DNA of 64,000 bases from Nymphaea colorata. Its lineage: Eukaryota. Location of the stretch: NCBI RefSeq assembly GCF_008831285.2, contig NC_045138.2:29884001-29948000 (forward strand), in the 5' to 3' direction. The position numbers and the translations under genes were made by a program. This document shows positions 13,701-27,606 of the stretch, one piece after another. Every line of letters starts with the position of its first letter. The stretch's first letter is position 1. A model generated the notes under the pieces. That model searched no databases, was not told the origin of the DNA, and saw nothing but the letters and a program-made list of their open reading frames with translations.

Positions 13701-16700
13701 CAAATAGAAGGATTATAGAAAAGTGGAGAACTGCTGATGCGCTTTATGCCACTCCAACTGGATCAAATGATGATTGGTGAGAATGTTTGGTTAGATAAAG
13801 TTATAAACACATGTAGGCTATTCTTAGTCAATTATAAGCTCACTGTTGTAGTCTCCTGTACATTCATCTGAATAACTGTCTATGCATCTTCTGTTTTTTT
13901 TCAGAAACTACTGGTTTTTAAAATTGAAGTTGTTGACCAGTTTTTTGGAAACCAGCATTTTGTTTGCATATTAGCAAGAAAATGATCAAGTTCCTGCTCA
14001 GACATCATCAAGGCAGGTTTACTGATGAGGAGGAGGAAGTTGCAAGGCTGAACTGACTGCATCATGGAATATTTATCACATCATCTGATCGTATGGATAG
14101 TCTATGTGCCTAACAACTTCTGTGTAACTTCTATGGTAAATGATAGTCTAGATAATGGCCAAGAGCATCTTTTCTATGTCACATGAGTATGGTGTGGGGG
14201 TGCAGATGCGGAAAGGGTATATACATATATTTATTATATATATATAAATATATGTAGTTCATAATATATATATATATATATATTATATAATTATATGGTT
14301 GTATATTAGATTAATATGTCCTCTTTAGTTGTTTCTTACTTTTATTGTTGTAAACAAAGAAAGAGTGGGAGCCAAACCCGTATCTGGCACCTGCACCTGC
14401 ACCAGGGTCATGTCAACACGAGCTTCCCCTTTTTTGAAGAATTCGTGTGACATACTCTGTTTTATGTGGGAATAACTATAGGTGAGGAATATCATTGGGG
14501 GTCACTTTTCAGAGAAAAGGATCTTTTTGAAGCTAATCAAATGTTCAAGCTCTATAGATACTTTGATTGCACATTCCTCCTTCCTATGCATGTGCATACA
14601 CATAATCCACATTCAAAGAGAATCTGTCTCTCTCCCCCTCTCTCTCCTCTCTCTCTGTCTCTGTCTCTCTCTCTCTCTAACACGTGTAACACAGTACTAC
14701 ATATGTTTACATATACTTCAAGTACTGATTGGTGTGCATATTGCTTGTATTAAGTACTAACCTATTCTTCAGGTACTGGTTGTATGCAGCTATAAAGTGT
14801 AAGTGCTTGCTGGTGACTAATGATGAAATGAGAGATCATATATTTCAGATGCTAGGGAATGATTTCTTTCCCAGATGGAAAGAAAGACATCAGGTATAAG
14901 GAGTATCTAGACAACATATTTTAGATGGCTGATAAACTCGGTATACTGATGGTCTAAAATGAAAAATCACAATAGCTACCATCATAAGTTGATCTATCAC
15001 TTTGCCTAGGCTGAATATTTTTAGTTTTTAAGATTTTACAAGTTAGATCAACACGTTACATCAGCATGTAATGTAAGGAATATAATATGAATGATTTCTG
15101 AGAACAAATATAACTGTAATAATATAATCACTATGAAAATTTTGACCACATATACAAATGTAATAAACATAGAATTTCATTTGTTCCATTTTTTCGTCCT
15201 TGCTAATAATGTGGTGTTTTTTTGTCTTTGTGAAGGTGCGCTTCAGTTTTAGTGATACTGGTGTCAAATTCCACATGCCTCCATCTTGCTCTGTGGTGAT
15301 TCAGGTAATGAGAATCCACCCAATGCCAATATACAGTAGTGTTATCAGAAAAAAACAAAGTTTCATTAACGGGAACATGAGAACAATGAAATTCTTTAGG
15401 CCAAACTAAGACACAAATCCTGGCTGGCATCAATCACAAACAGGAGCGACATAAATGGTTTTTTGGACAGCTATAGAGGTTTTGTAGGCTAACTCCATGA
15501 ACCCATGTCCTTTTGAGTTCAAGTTTGTTATGCCACTTAGGCATGCTTGAGCTCGGTTTGGAGATTAATCAATTCCTAAGTTGACCCACTCTTTTTTGTT
15601 GAAGAAATATAGGTATTGGTTTTTTCATTTGCCACAGACGAATGTTTTCAAGTCAGCTATCTTGTCACAGGAATCAGAACAAGGACATTGGCATGTCCCT
15701 GTGGCAGCAGAGTGTCATGAATTTGAGAAAGAAAGAATTTGGCTATGTGCATCGAGGGCTAGACGGAGCAAACCTGCCCAGAAGTCAACAACAAAGTCCA
15801 AAGGTGAATTTTATGAATACTCTTCGGGCTAAGTCAGAGTCTCAGGCAGCATGTGCTCCTGAAAATTTTTTTATTTGCTTTTGTAAAACATCATCCAAGA
15901 ATGTACCTTGGAAGTTCAGCAAGAGCTGTCATACAATATACAACTGAAAGTTGATCTGTTTATTGGTCCTGCCGGCAGAAAGGGCACTTGGTAAATCTTA
16001 CCAGCCAGACTGAAATTTGTCTGTGAGATGGGAAGCTAGGTATTGTTACATGGTTGTTTTCTTCTTTAGAAGTTGCAACCTGTGGTTTGTGGTGTATTTG
16101 GTGCTTGGTCACTTATGGAGCCTGTTATTGGAATTGATGCTCCATGCTACTGCAGATTGGGTTGCTTGGCGATTGACGGATAGATGCAATATGGAATGGG
16201 CTTTGACCATGTTGACCTAGAGATTTTCTCTCACATAGTGATACCAGTTCCTGAGATTGTACTTTAAGAGGAATGGTTCAGTTCGATGCAGTGATTGCAT
16301 TGGTTTTGTTCTTCACTTCCTTCTTTTTATTGCATTCTTCTCAAGTTTTCTTGGACTCTGGATATCTGCAGTGCTAAGTTCTGGAAATATCCTAGCAACC
16401 AAATGAAAAAGCCTAAAAATTAAAATGAACCAGGAACCACTTTACATGGATGCGAATGCAGGGTAGGTTCTATGTGTCATTCTCAAAAGAAATAAATAAA
16501 TAAATATAAATATATATATATATAAATGATTGTTGACCCAAGACTGTTTCCCACACTAATTTGAGAGTATCCGTGAAGTATCCTGTTGCGTCCAACCATC
16601 ATGCCATGTGTATGTGGAATATCACATAAGCAAAATGTCCCTGTGAAATGTCATTTGTATTGCTTGAAGCTAAAACCGAGTTGTGACTGGAATTGACTCT

Positions 16701-17107
16701 GGTTATATCAGGAAGTCAGCTTGGAATTTTCTGGATGACCTAGGAAAATGTTTAGCCGGTTTAACTAAATTATCTCTATAATCTGATTGAGCTTGTTTCT
16801 TTCCTAGTTACCTATTACTTATTTTCGAAGTTTGGCTAAATGTTACAGTTTATTATTTTCATCAGATATCTATAATTGTGAGCCAGATGGTGGTCCTTCA
16901 GCATCTGCTGCCGTCAAGAACAGAAGTACAACTTCAGAAAATTCTCAAGGAATGGCGAATTCCTGCAATATGGAGGAAGGAGGACAAAGATTGCATACAC
17001 AGGATGGACAAGCATTACTTAAATCCTTTTCCCAACATCAGACTGTCTCATCTCAAATAATGGCAGCTCAAAGACTTGGTGGATGTGTTCTTGATTTTCA
17101 GATATGA
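10744..17107 (+). CDS. PRORP1: Proteinaceous RNase P 1 (PPR + NYN metallonuclease), likely chloroplast/mitochondrial
   Basis: Exons 10744-12612, 13411-13500, 13595-13776, 14773-14893, 15236-15304, 15671-15803, 16866-17107. Motifs LDMCSKRGDV, YHYTVLLYLCS, PRLRSYGPAL, GGGWHGLGWLG, CxxC, VVDAANVG, NDDWYWLYAA, TNDEMRDH, WH..C and C-terminal GGCVLDFQI. Long N-terminal extension before the PPR region. Confidence 0.95.
12815..13075. mobile_element. MITE-like element (TGTCACA.../GCACCCGCACC family) in PRORP1 intron 1
   Basis: Starts TGTCACATAAGTACGGGTGCAGG, AT-rich core, GCACCCGCACC motifs near the other end; similar to elements at ~14175 and ~63565. Confidence 0.55.
14175..14454. mobile_element. 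MITE (same family) in PRORP1 intron 3
   Basis: Terminal inverted match TATGTCACA...TGTGACATA, subterminal GGTGCAG/CTGCACC repeats, TA-rich centre. Confidence 0.6.
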
Positions 17108-18737
17108 GTTATTTCAGCTGCAAAAGAAACTATCTTGTTCTATTCATTGTCTTTGTTGGTGCCGTCAGATGAGCCTATGTGCATTTTTTCTTTTGCCATC
17201 AAGCTGCTAATTGTACAGATTCGGTAGATATTCTCCCTGTTCAATTCTTTCAATCTTGTATTCTTTCAGGAGGATAATTATGGGAACACTGAAGTTAGAA
17301 TGTTCTAACAAGGAAATTCAGAAACTGATGGTGTAAAAGTCAGTCAAATGCAAGGCTCTTTGTTTATTACCTGTCACCAGGAGATCTGATCCAAGCGACT
17401 GATCTTTCCAGTTCACATCGGCTTCACATGTAAAAGGCACCATTGAACATAGCAACTATTATATTCTTTATATGTAATTATTTTGTTAACCGAACTAGAT
17501 ATAGTTTAGTGATCAATTAAGCCATTTAAGATCCAAGAGGTTTAATCTACTTGAAAGTTTTCAGGGTCTTTCCTTTGAATCTTTTACAAAATTAAATCAA
17601 GTTGATACTTGACTCAATTTGATTACTCAGACAAACCCTTGTTTCCAACCGCCCATGGCTAAGTTCATCAGATTGCTCCAGTCAAGTACTTCAATCTTTT
17701 GGCTTTGTCACGATTCCTTCCTCCACATCAGCCTCAAGAGAAGGTGAGGTTGTTGGGGGGTTGGACAGCATCTGACACTTCTCATTCAAAGGATGCTCCT
17801 TGCAGGCGCGACAAGAAACTCAGACGAAAGCATTCTTCTCCACTCGTTCACACCCCCTACATTCCTCGCTCTTTGCCTTGAAGAAGAGTAGACGGGTGCT
17901 GATTTCAAGAACTATGCTCAAAATCTTATGGAAGACTAGGATATCAAAATTCACGATCCCGTTATACGAGTCACATGTATTCATGTCATGCCCAAGCAAG
18001 TTTCGCTCAATGACCTCCAACAAGGTCATATTACCATCATTGCTGCACTCATAATGTTACTTTTAGCATTTGTCATCTAGTGTAGAAATTGACTTTTTTC
18101 AAATGTTGAAATACGCAGCTAGTTCAAATCGATAATCTAGATCTGAGGCCTCTAGTTCATGTTCATGAATCAGATAAATTGCATCCCGTAAGCTATCAGG
18201 GCATGGTAATAACAGAAGTACAACTGGGGGTAGTAAATTTGACCAAGATATAATAAATCATCTTAAAAGACAGGTGACCATGGAGTTACATGAAACAATT
18301 TCAGTTGAGAAATTTTGAAGTTCAACAAGGCCAAAAACTTCCCTGGAACCAGGACTACAGATGCCTGGGCTTCCCATTTAAGATGCATTTCGATGGTAGC
18401 ATAAATTTTTCATGGATGGACCGAGATGAGGCAGAACAAAGTGCAATCATGCACCACAAGTGCTGCTGCTGAACAACTCTATGGCACCTTTGATTTAATT
18501 GCAGAGACAACTGCATCCAACAAAATGCTCCAAACAAACAGAAGAATATACCTAGTTGAACAGCAGAAGCAAAAGAAGCATGAAGCTCTTATTTTACAGG
18601 GGATTGTGATTACAATAACATATGTGAAAAAAGAATGTACATAACTTCAATAAGCAAATCAACATTCAAGTGGGAGCTGAAAGAAATTATTAGAGCAAGG
18701 AATAAAAGCTCTATCACGCAAATCCATCACAAGAATC

Positions 18738-21700
18738 CTATGTTGCCGGGGTACTCGAGGGTTTAGATTTTGTCTTTGCAATGCTTACTAGATCACCAAA
18801 AAGTTTATCTTCAGCCTTAGCTGGCTTCTTCGGCTGCAAATAAGCTGCAGAAGAACCTTGAAAAGAGCTCGTGTATCTGTCATCTTGAAGGGAAAGCCCT
18901 TGTGTCCTTCGAGATATGTCATCAGGTGTTGCCATGGAGTATGTGGCCTGCCTCTGATCACCAAATTGCACCTCTGCCTGCTGACCATAAGCAAAGGCCA
19001 AGGGTTGAGGACTTTGCATTGATTGCATATCCCAGGGTGCTGGTGGAAGTGGTCCCACACTCTGAGAGCCTGCTCGTGTAGCATTGAGATCAAAAGAAAT
19101 AACTCAAAAGCATGTAAATAACAAAGTTTAAGAACAGAAATTCTTGGGAAGCAGTCAAAGTACAAGAAGATGCCAACAATACCATAAACAAAAGTTTGCT
19201 GTTGTGTATTCATGATTGGCGCAACCTGCCCACCCCAGGCAGGATGGCTCTGATTCATATGCACACCCTGCAGGTAAGCTGCTTGTTCAAACTGTGGAGG
19301 ACCCATGCTCGGCATGCTTCCATTTGGAAAAAATCCAGGCTGCATCTGTTGCTGTTGTTGAAGAGGTGCTCCCATTGAAGAAATGGTCCCATTTGAATAA
19401 AGTGTGGGCTGCATCTGCTGCTGCAACTGTTGAGGTGCCCCCATGGTTGGGATAATGCCATTTGGATATAACGTGGGCTGCATCTGGTGCTGAAACTGTT
19501 GAGGTGCCCCTGTCATGGGGATGGTTCCATTTGTATATGATGCAGGCTGCATCTGTTGCTGCTGTTGAAGTTCTCCTATGTTCGGAACGCTTCCATTTGA
19601 GTATAATATGGACTGTGCTTGTTGCTGCTCCTGTATTGTTGCTTGTTGCAGACTCTGAAACTGTGTGGCTGCCTGTGATGTTGGTAGAGTCATTTGAGAG
19701 CCAAGAGAATCAATAGCTGAATTATGAGAGAATGGATCTGAAAGGGCTAGCATGTCCTGCTGCTGCGGCGGTTGCAGCTGGGGGGCACTGGCAGTTGATT
19801 GACCAACAGAAACTAGAGCTAACACATCTTTGCTGGCTGGTGACTGGAAATCTTCACCACTAAGAAGGTCCAGGTTGGGGTCCGCTCTGGTGGCAGGAGC
19901 TGCAGCAGCTCCTGGTGGTGCAGGAAGCAGCAGTTGCTGCAGAGGAGGTTGATTTATAATGCTTCCTGATGTGGACCTACATTGTACATGATATTTAAAA
20001 TTTTAGTTTGAAGTAAAGGCAAAAAAATGCTTCCATTGATTGGAATTTCCATGAAGGAAATGGAAAATAGAATAATATCCACAAAACACGTTCTTACTTT
20101 CAGATTGCTCACAAACTGTAGTTACAAAGTCAATGATTTAAACTTACAAAAACCTCAACATAAGATAAGTATTATATGCAACTTCGTTTGCTGGAATTGT
20201 GGTTCATAATCCATACATATGGGTTATAAGATGCTTCCTTCAGTCAATAGCGTGCATGCATCCACTGTTATATTCTCTGCCATTAATTTTTCATTGATTT
20301 CCTGTAAAAATATGCCTAGACTGAGGTTGACTTGGTAATTGTTTAAGTCCTTTTAAGTAGCTTGCACAAGAACCATTATAAAATTTAGACATGAAGATAA
20401 CAAATTTAATCTCGTCCGAGTTACTCCTAACTCCTAAGCTTGATTAACCATTATTATGCATTGGTCAAGCCTACTTGCTCAAAATGTGGACCAATGATGA
20501 CCAAAAAGCAACTAAAAGTCAAATAATCAACTTTAGTTGGCCCAGGGCTCATCAGTGACACTGATTCTCAAAGTAGTCCAGATATGAGTAAGAAACATAT
20601 ATCTCATCAACTAACCCACGCTAGTTTGCACTGCAGTCCTAACTGTCATTGAGTCCTTGACTATCACATAAATCGGAATTTGCAGCCTGGACTAGGTGAT
20701 GAATGTGGTTCACAGATGGGCATGGACCAAATCTAAGTGCTAAAATTTGAGCGGAATATCCTAGATCATTTCAACTCAAAGGGAGTTTAACAAATCCTGA
20801 AAATTGTCAGGACTCCCATTGTAGTTCATAAATCACATTTTTTATGCACGTTATTCACAGAAATTCAATTTTTATAAACTTGCAAAAAATTTAAGGCTAC
20901 CATGTGTACTCTTCACAGTAACAGAAAACACAAAGGAAACAACATGGCACAAGGAAAAGTCAGGATGTTCACTTATTACCCCTGTTCCACATCCTTTGAA
21001 CTAGTCTGTGCAGCATCTGAACCATCACCAATATCTAAAAGGGCAGGCGGAGGCTTTTTCTGCTCAGGGCGAATGACCATTCCTGAAGCAATTGCATCAT
21101 GTTTAGAAAGCAGTCTTTGCAAGTCATCATTCAGAGCTAAGCCTTGACGGAGTAGTTCCTCATCTCTGCAATTGAAAAACAATAACATTGATACCATTTG
21201 TCAGCATAAAATTTGACTCATCTGAAATTTTGTCTCATTATAGGATGTACAATGGCATACTAAATTTTCAACGGAACATGTCCAGAATAGCTGTTCAATA
21301 ATCTTGTAAGTATCTTCTGACTGACATTGTCAACAATAAGAAGTTTGCAGATTCTTACGAAGTAGTGTTCGCAAGCTGAACAACTTGCTGCCTATAAGAA
21401 CGGCATTGTTCTACAAGGTCTACAATTACATCTTGTCTGAGACCCTGCAAGTTAAGATAAAAGTTTCAGTATCTTGGTAGATCAATAAGTGAATTTCCAT
21501 AACTGAAACCATTATTTCAAATCTCTATAATATTGTAAAATGTAAACTCAATATTCAAATATGATAACCGTATAACTTTCAAGTGTCATGATTATGCAGT
21601 TCAGAATTATCAACTCTGAGATATCTACATTACAACACCAAACATCTGAAAACTACCTCCTTGTTGCCTGGCTCCAAAGCATTCAGCATCTCAGCAAGAA

Positions 21701-24700
21701 CATCCATGATTCCACGCGCATTCTGAATTTCAGTCAGGCTACCAATGAAGAAACAAAAATAATTCATAAGGACACCTGAAAGTGCATAGAAACATGGTAC
21801 AATCTACCTGTCAGCTCATCCAAAAGCAATGAAAATTAATGACTTAAGCATATGGATGAGTGTTCATGATAAAATGGAAGCAAGCTCCACATCATGGGTT
21901 CAAACTTGTATTACGCAGTGAAAGCTTGAGGAAGAGTAAGCATGTACGGGTGATTCAAAAATGTATAACTAGTTCCTTTCAGACATTAAATTTACAAATA
22001 AGTCATTAGCTGCAAATACTACACACTATGTCAATACAAGGTTAACGCAAGCAGGTCCACTCATGTCATTGTTTCAAATCAGAAGGAAAAATTCCTTGGC
22101 AGCTTGAAAGAGCGAGTCATGTACATTTCCACATGTCAAAAATGATTAGATCAATAATGTGAAACTGAGGAATCCTACTTGATCCGCATAAGAAAATGTT
22201 GCTTATTATGTTTCTAAAAAGATAAATAACCAATGAGTGTTCAAAGTTAACAAAAATAGGCTCAAGCCATACCGTCCTTTCAAGTGAAATTGGGAAAAAA
22301 TGGTAACAGCTTGCAAAACTGCTTCAATTGAGTCACATTATGAGTTAAAAACCAGAATCCTGCCTATGTCGTAAAAATATATAGTTCTTCCTTCGATCGG
22401 GTCCCAAAAAGATACATATCATACAAATTGTAATTTTCATATGAAAATATTGAAGTCTAAAAAATAAAAAAAGTTTAGAAAAAAAACATGTTTTACAGAA
22501 AATTATATTTAACTAGAACATAGGACTAAGTTCACATTAAAATGACCAAGAATTACATTGAACACACCAATAAAAGGTACAAGACTACATATTTTCACCA
22601 TAAAATAAATAAATAAATGTGAACCACTTAAGCCACTTCCAGTAGTTAAACTAAATCCAACAAATGACTGTGCATACAACTTTTTGCATAATTTTATCAT
22701 TTTTTTCGTTACTCAAGAAACCCACCAAGGTTCTATCTTCTATGTGTGTAACCATCTTGAAGGTTGTGTATGGATGACACCAGTGAAAAACAACATTTTA
22801 TGAAACCAGATTTTGTGACAACCTAGTTTTTTAACCAGTTTTGGTTGACAAGACAAAACGACATGTTCCTTGAAAACACTAGGGGGGAGCAAGGGGCCAG
22901 GTTGTTCCCGCCCCTTTGAAAATGTTGTTTTGTAGAAACTGGGGTTTTCAGAAACCCAGTTTCAACTGCTTCTAAAATGGTGTTTAAGGGTGTCACGGAA
23001 ACATCCCCTAATCTTATTTTTCCACAAATATGGAAGAACTAAGAATACCTCATATGACACATTTAATAGGAGTCTCTCAAGGGGTTTAATGCAACTCTGA
23101 ACCCAAAAAAATGGAAAAAGTTTTTGGCTCTTTTTGTATTTTGATGATATAACACAAGCTAAACCCATGTTGTAACCATAAAATAAAAGACACTGCTAAA
23201 CACATACAGCAAAGTTACAAACGCCAAACTAGTTCATGAGTCATACATATCTCAAAAGTCAAAACTAGTCCAAAAATTCAACCACCATCACATCTGATAT
23301 CTAGTGCAGCATACTGTAGAACAGTGCATGTACCTCAAACTAGGAAAGTCTGAAGGTACTGATGGGGCAGGAGCTTCTTGCTGGTAATCTGCATTATTTA
23401 AGGATTGAGGAGGATAATGTGACAGAGGCTGTGTTTGAGGAGGAGTGAATATGGGGGCAGCTCTCTCAGACCTCTGGGGAAACACAGCACCTGAACGCTG
23501 GCATGGAAATAACTTTTGTAAAAACAGTAGACCAATGGCAATGCACATTACTTTTTTTCAGCAAATCCAATCAAGTCTACTTGATGATCAGATCATTCTC
23601 CGAAAAGAGACAGAAAAAGCAAAGTTTTCACTTATTTAAAGTTATGCAATACTAGCATCAAACAGATAACAGTGAATTCGCGAACTGGAGCTTACTTATA
23701 AGAAAAAATTTAAAGATGAACTGTATGGGTCATCCTATAAAAGATTGTGATTTCAATCTTCCAATCATGTTTTCCAAATCAGACTTCATACATGTTTCAG
23801 CATGTCCAGTAAACAAATTTTTGTCAAGTTTTCTATTATAAATATGATTTTCTAATACTTGAAAATAATAGCTAGACGTTAGAATTTTGACATTTCAAGT
23901 GTTTCAGATGCCTACTTATGTGTAGTAATCAGATGATCCAAACATGTATTCTACTAAACAAAGCATGTAAATCACATGCACTTGGTCAAACTCCAAAACA
24001 GCCTGAAAAAATGAGGGGAAAAAGATCACAAAATTAAAATTGTCATACCCTCTTACCATTAAGAGGAACCAAGTACTACAATATACAGGTAATATAAGCA
24101 TACATGTATATATATTCACATATATTCACTTACATGCACGTATTTACACTGGGAAAAGATTTGCCGACTGCCGTAGATGGATATATGTGTCAGTAAGATA
24201 ACATGACCAAACCAATTAAAACAAATCTGCCTTTGTACATGTACTCAACATGGGCGAAAGACCAATGATGAAACCCTTGATTTGTGTACTGATACGTGTG
24301 TTATGCAAATGTGCATTATACACAAGCATACAAAGTACAAACGTATGTGTGTTGGCCCTTGCTATGTGTCCTTACAAGGAAAATTTTGGTTGATAGAAAA
24401 AGGTGAAATTTAAGGATGTTGATGTTTGGATCACCAGAAAATATTATTCATATCCCACAAACATAAATGTGATTATGTGACTCCTGCTAGCCTAAGCTTG
24501 TAGATCACATGTACATGTCAGTTTGACAACTGAGAAAGGAGGAAGAACAGGATTCATTTGTACACTACAAATAAATCAGAATATTTTTTCCATTTATGCT
24601 GTGTTGGATAGGGAGCACGCTTCATCAGCCAGGAATCCACCTGGAAAGTTTACTGAAAGTCTGAAACGTCCTTACAAGGTGGAAACATTTGAAAACATGG

Positions 24701-27606
24701 ACATCTGAGCAACTCATAATCTTAACTATTCTATTTTCAAATAAGAAATTAGTCATGCATTAACTCCAATCCATACAGCAACATTGTCTGTAATGCCCAT
24801 CTGATATCCTCTACAGAATAATGAGGTGTCCCATCAAAATTTCTTCCCATTACTACTTAAATGCACATCTAATTAACCTCAATGTCTATAACATAAAGCA
24901 AAATGTTTGCCTACCAACAACTCCTGGTATGCAGCATAGTATTGAGGATATCTTGCCCTTGGCCCACCAAAGGCTTCTTGCCAGGTGTCAATAAGCGTCA
25001 ATATCTTTTCTCTAACATGCATGTCAGGCTGCAATAACAAGAAGTTTAGAATCTTAAGAAAAGACAAAAATAAAGGAGATTGTTTACCATGACTTGACAA
25101 AATAATGTTACCTTCTTTTTAACAATCTTCACCATTTCATGCAGGATATCTCTTTCAGCAACGTGCATGTGGACAATATCACCACAATTCTTTATCAATG
25201 TCTCCAGCAGCTGAGACAGTTTAAGCAAGAATAGGTCAAAAATCGAAAATTGATACCCTCATAAATAACAAGCTGCTAAATTGAAGTGCAAAGTGAATAG
25301 GAGATCAAGATCTGCTTACTGTAAGAGCAAGATGCTGGATTTTGGGGTTCTTGTGTCCAAGACGTCTCTTAACTCCCTTTATCACATCTTTAGTTTGCCT
25401 GTTCTTGCAAAAAAAGTATGTCATGATAATAATCTACAATAACTAATAGCCACATAAAAATGTATTGGCAAAATAACTGCTAGGAAGAACTTATGACATT
25501 GGAGTACTTCCTATTTCCTAAGAGTGCCTGTTACATATATGTAGATATGTGTCCAATTAAACATGGACAAATTAGGAGGAAGGATAAGTCAGATAATATA
25601 GAAGATTTATAAGCAATATAATATGCCTGGAATCATGTAATTGACACATGCAATCACATCTACAGCATTATTTTTGTGACTCTCAATACAGTCAACAGAT
25701 GAAAAAATAAAGCTGGAAAACATTTCTTGATTTGCTTACATATATAGCAATGAACAGATAAGCTGAAGCTGGCAATACATATATAGATATGAACAGATAA
25801 GCTGAACCTGGCACTAAATGAAAGCTGAACAAGGTCATGTGGAGAATGATTAGCCAGGACCTCATGTCAGGAAAAAGAAATGACGGCATACTTTTGGGAG
25901 AGAAAAGTACATATTCTCTCAGCAGAAATCCTATTACCCGACAGCAATATCAAGGTCAACAAGAATATTATCAGCCTGCTCTAGTGGCATAAATGGTCAT
26001 CATAAAGAAAACATAACATTACCAGGACACTGATACTAACGTCAGTGTTGGATATAAGTCAGCTTGGCAAACATTCCTGCCTGAGTTAAACTGTATCCTA
26101 AGCCACTTCCCATGGCCCCAGGTATGTCAAAAGGCATGCCACACCACACCTAGCACGAAGTAGAGAAAAGCCCGGTTGAAAAGCTGACGACATTACAAAT
26201 GCTTAGAATCTGATAATAATTTCTGTTTGTTGTGTACTCACTTGGCTAAGATTATGTGTTTGCATAATTATTTTCCTGACATAGTGAACAACCAGTATTT
26301 ATTTGTCATGCTTCTAACAAAATTCCGACCCTGCTAACCTCTGTTCACCTGATATCTTCTTGAGGACAAGATACAGGACAAATCTTCGTGTTCAAAATTC
26401 ATGGCATGTTCTCAAACAGTGCAAGCACATGGAATGGAAGAGAAGTCTAGCCACGTCTCAAAATAACCCCATATGGTATTCCTTCTTATTTTCTACGATT
26501 CTCACCATTAGAAAAACCTCCAGAGATTGAAGATATGGAAGCAAAACCCAACATTATGTGAATCCAGTTCAAGTACTTCACATTCTTCTTAAGGAGAGTT
26601 ATTCTTGAGGCGAGAAGAACTCATTGCAAGGCATGCACAAAGATATGACATATAATAAATTAAGCTCCTGAAAGCTACTAGTTGGTCCATAACTCAAAAT
26701 TTGAAATATAGAATTCAAAAAATAGTACATCCTTGACATGTCCTAAAGGTCACGAGAATTCTTCATCACAAACATTTGCCAAAATGCCATGCAATGCCTG
26801 AATTATTATGGTGTCTAAGTTGGTCGTATACTCATGTTTATGCAATCGAACGACTGCGCTGAATTGCTGAGTGACTCTGCATTTTCACAAAAATCTGCAA
26901 TGCCTAAAACGGCTAGCCGCTATCTATCAGTTTAGACAGGGCATGGTGCTCACTACCCTTACGACAAAACTGAATTGCGAGCAAATCATCAGTTCCCCCT
27001 CGCCAACACACCCCACCCCCCCTCCCCAACCCCCACAACACCCCCCACCCTCCCCCCACATCTCCTTCCTAACCACAACCCTACCACACCTTCCTTCCCA
27101 ACAAACCAAATCAATGAACCAAAGCTACGCAAAAGAAGCTCTACAAATGGATGCTCGAAATGGAGACACACATCACTGCCTTTAAGAAACATTGAATCCG
27201 TCCAAATAGTTAAGAAAATGGATCAAATTCAACGAGAGATCAGCGAAAAAGTAATTGCAAACCCTAACCCAGATGTCCAAAGAATTCAGCAAAAAACCAA
27301 GCAATTCAGAACAAAACCTATCCGATCAAGAATGACAATAGCAACATATTTACACCTCCAAAGAAGACGAATTCCAAGACAAATTCAGTCCAACCACGGC
27401 ACAAATCCACACAAGGACAACCAAAAGACAATGGCGGTTGTGGGAAAAAAGACGAAGACCCACGAACGTCAATTTTTAAGAAGAAGGAAGAGAAGAAAGC
27501 GGTACCCAGGGTCGTGATTAAGCATATCGCAGATTTCAATGTTCATGGCCCAATCCGCACCGATCAGCATATCGCTTGTCGCCCTATCCACCATCGGATG
27601 CACCAT
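18738..27606 (-). CDS. TOL9: TOM1-like protein (VHS + GAT domains, Q/P-rich tail), TOL9-like ESCRT-0-equivalent ubiquitin adaptor
   Basis: Exons ~27606-27506 ([33 protein letters not shown]), ~25398-25320, ~25210-25112 ([19 protein letters not shown]), ~25028-24915 ([23 protein letters not shown]), ~23497-23334, ~21739-21657, ~21444-21359, ~21165-20980 ([23 protein letters not shown]), ~19976-19183, ~19069-18738 (LPPAPW...EDKLFGDLV..*). Confidence 0.92.
26994..27100 (-). repeat. G-run-rich low-complexity tract in TOL9 intron 1
   Basis: The plus strand has many C4-C8 runs (CCCCACCCCCCCTCCCCAACCCCCACAACACCCCCCACCCTCCCCCC), so the sense strand is G-rich. Confidence 0.8.

Noticed and set aside
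17690..18055. Coding-like stretch between PRORP1 and TOL9 (similar stretches at ~1790-1980 and ~32700-33540)
   Set aside because: Only short ORFs with no motif I can recognise; possibly decayed TE or gene fragments, but not supportable without a search.
26871..27517. 104-180 aa plus-strand ORFs
   Set aside because: Antisense to TOL9 intron 1; open because of a C/A-rich low-complexity tract; no recognisable domain.
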